Source: the human T2T-CHM13v2.0 reference genome, Homo sapiens. Taken from it: DNA of 64,000 nucleotides. Each line of letters starts with the position of its first letter. Within the stretch, counting starts at the first letter, position 1. The DNA lies in the NCBI RefSeq assembly GCF_009914755.1, contig NC_060936.1; one strand, given 5' to 3'. This document shows, one piece after another, positions 63,451 through 64,000 of the stretch. Below the pieces are notes generated by a model that saw only the letters and a program-made list of their open reading frames with translations, was not told where the DNA came from and did no database searches. The position numbers and the translations under genes were made by a program.

Positions 63451-63730
63451 AGGACGGGGGAAGGGTATCGATGGTTTAGGGATGAAACTGTTCTACCTCA
63501 GATTATCAGACATTAGATTCTCATAAGGAGCTCAGAACGTAGATCCCTTGCATGTATAGTTCACAGTAGGGTTCGTACTCACTCCTACGAGAACCTAACA
63601 CCTTGGCTGATCCTACAGGAGGTGATCGGGCAGTAATGCTCCTCGCCTGTCACTCAGCTCCTGCTGTGTGGCCCAGTTCCTAACAGGCCACAAGCCAGTA
63701 CTGGTCCAGCCTGGGGGTTGGGCACCCTTG
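63451..63730 (+). mobile_element. MER1B hAT MITE lacking its 5' terminus
   Basis: gggatgaaactgttctacctcagat...cattagattctcataaggag...gggggttgggcacccttg. Confidence 0.85.
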
Positions 63731-63810
63731 ATATAAAGTATATGATGTCAATAGGCTTTTCTGTCTCTTTACCTCTGAAATATTTAAATGTCTATTCTTA
63801 AAAATTTGCT

Positions 63811-64000
63811 AGCTGGGCGCGGTGGCACATGCCTGTAATCCCAGCACTTTGGGAGGCCGAGGCAGAAGGATCACGAGGTCAGGAGATCGAGACCATCCTG
63901 GCGAACATGGTGAGACCCCATCTCTACTAAAAATACAAAAAATTAGCCGGGCGTGGTGGCGGGTGCCTGTAGTCCCAGGTACTCGGGAGGCTGAGGCAGG
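63811..64000 (+). mobile_element. AluY/AluSc-like, cut by the window edge
   Basis: gatcacgaggtcaggagatcgagaccatcctgg. Confidence 0.92.

Overview
Primate (human-like), AT-rich genomic DNA made mostly of interspersed repeats: two long L1 insertions, old L1M/L2/MIR/L3 fragments, nine Alus, MaLR and ERV LTRs, and hAT MITEs. The only well-supported host-gene feature is a + strand exon at 49790-50197. It has a branch point, pyrimidine tract and AG acceptor, about 336 nt of 5' UTR, a strong-Kozak ATG at 50126 encoding MDLSSEMNRHGKNPVSHKLEDQKK, and an AAG|GTAAAA donor. This is probably the first coding exon of a large gene that I cannot name with confidence. There is no CpG-island promoter in the window, and I saw no RNA genes, CRISPR arrays or prokaryotic systems. 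The supplied ORFs are L1/Alu/LTR remnants or chance ORFs. The most interesting signals are a dense chain of overlapping uORFs ending in an AUG-UGA-UG start-stop on the main start codon, an L1PA16-like element with TSDs but no ORF1, a sense MER52 LTR with a splice donor upstream of the exon, nested inverted Alus, and several template-switch or duplication scars. I found no convincing new multi-gene system. All repeat subfamily calls come from recalled consensus sequences, not from a RepeatMasker run.
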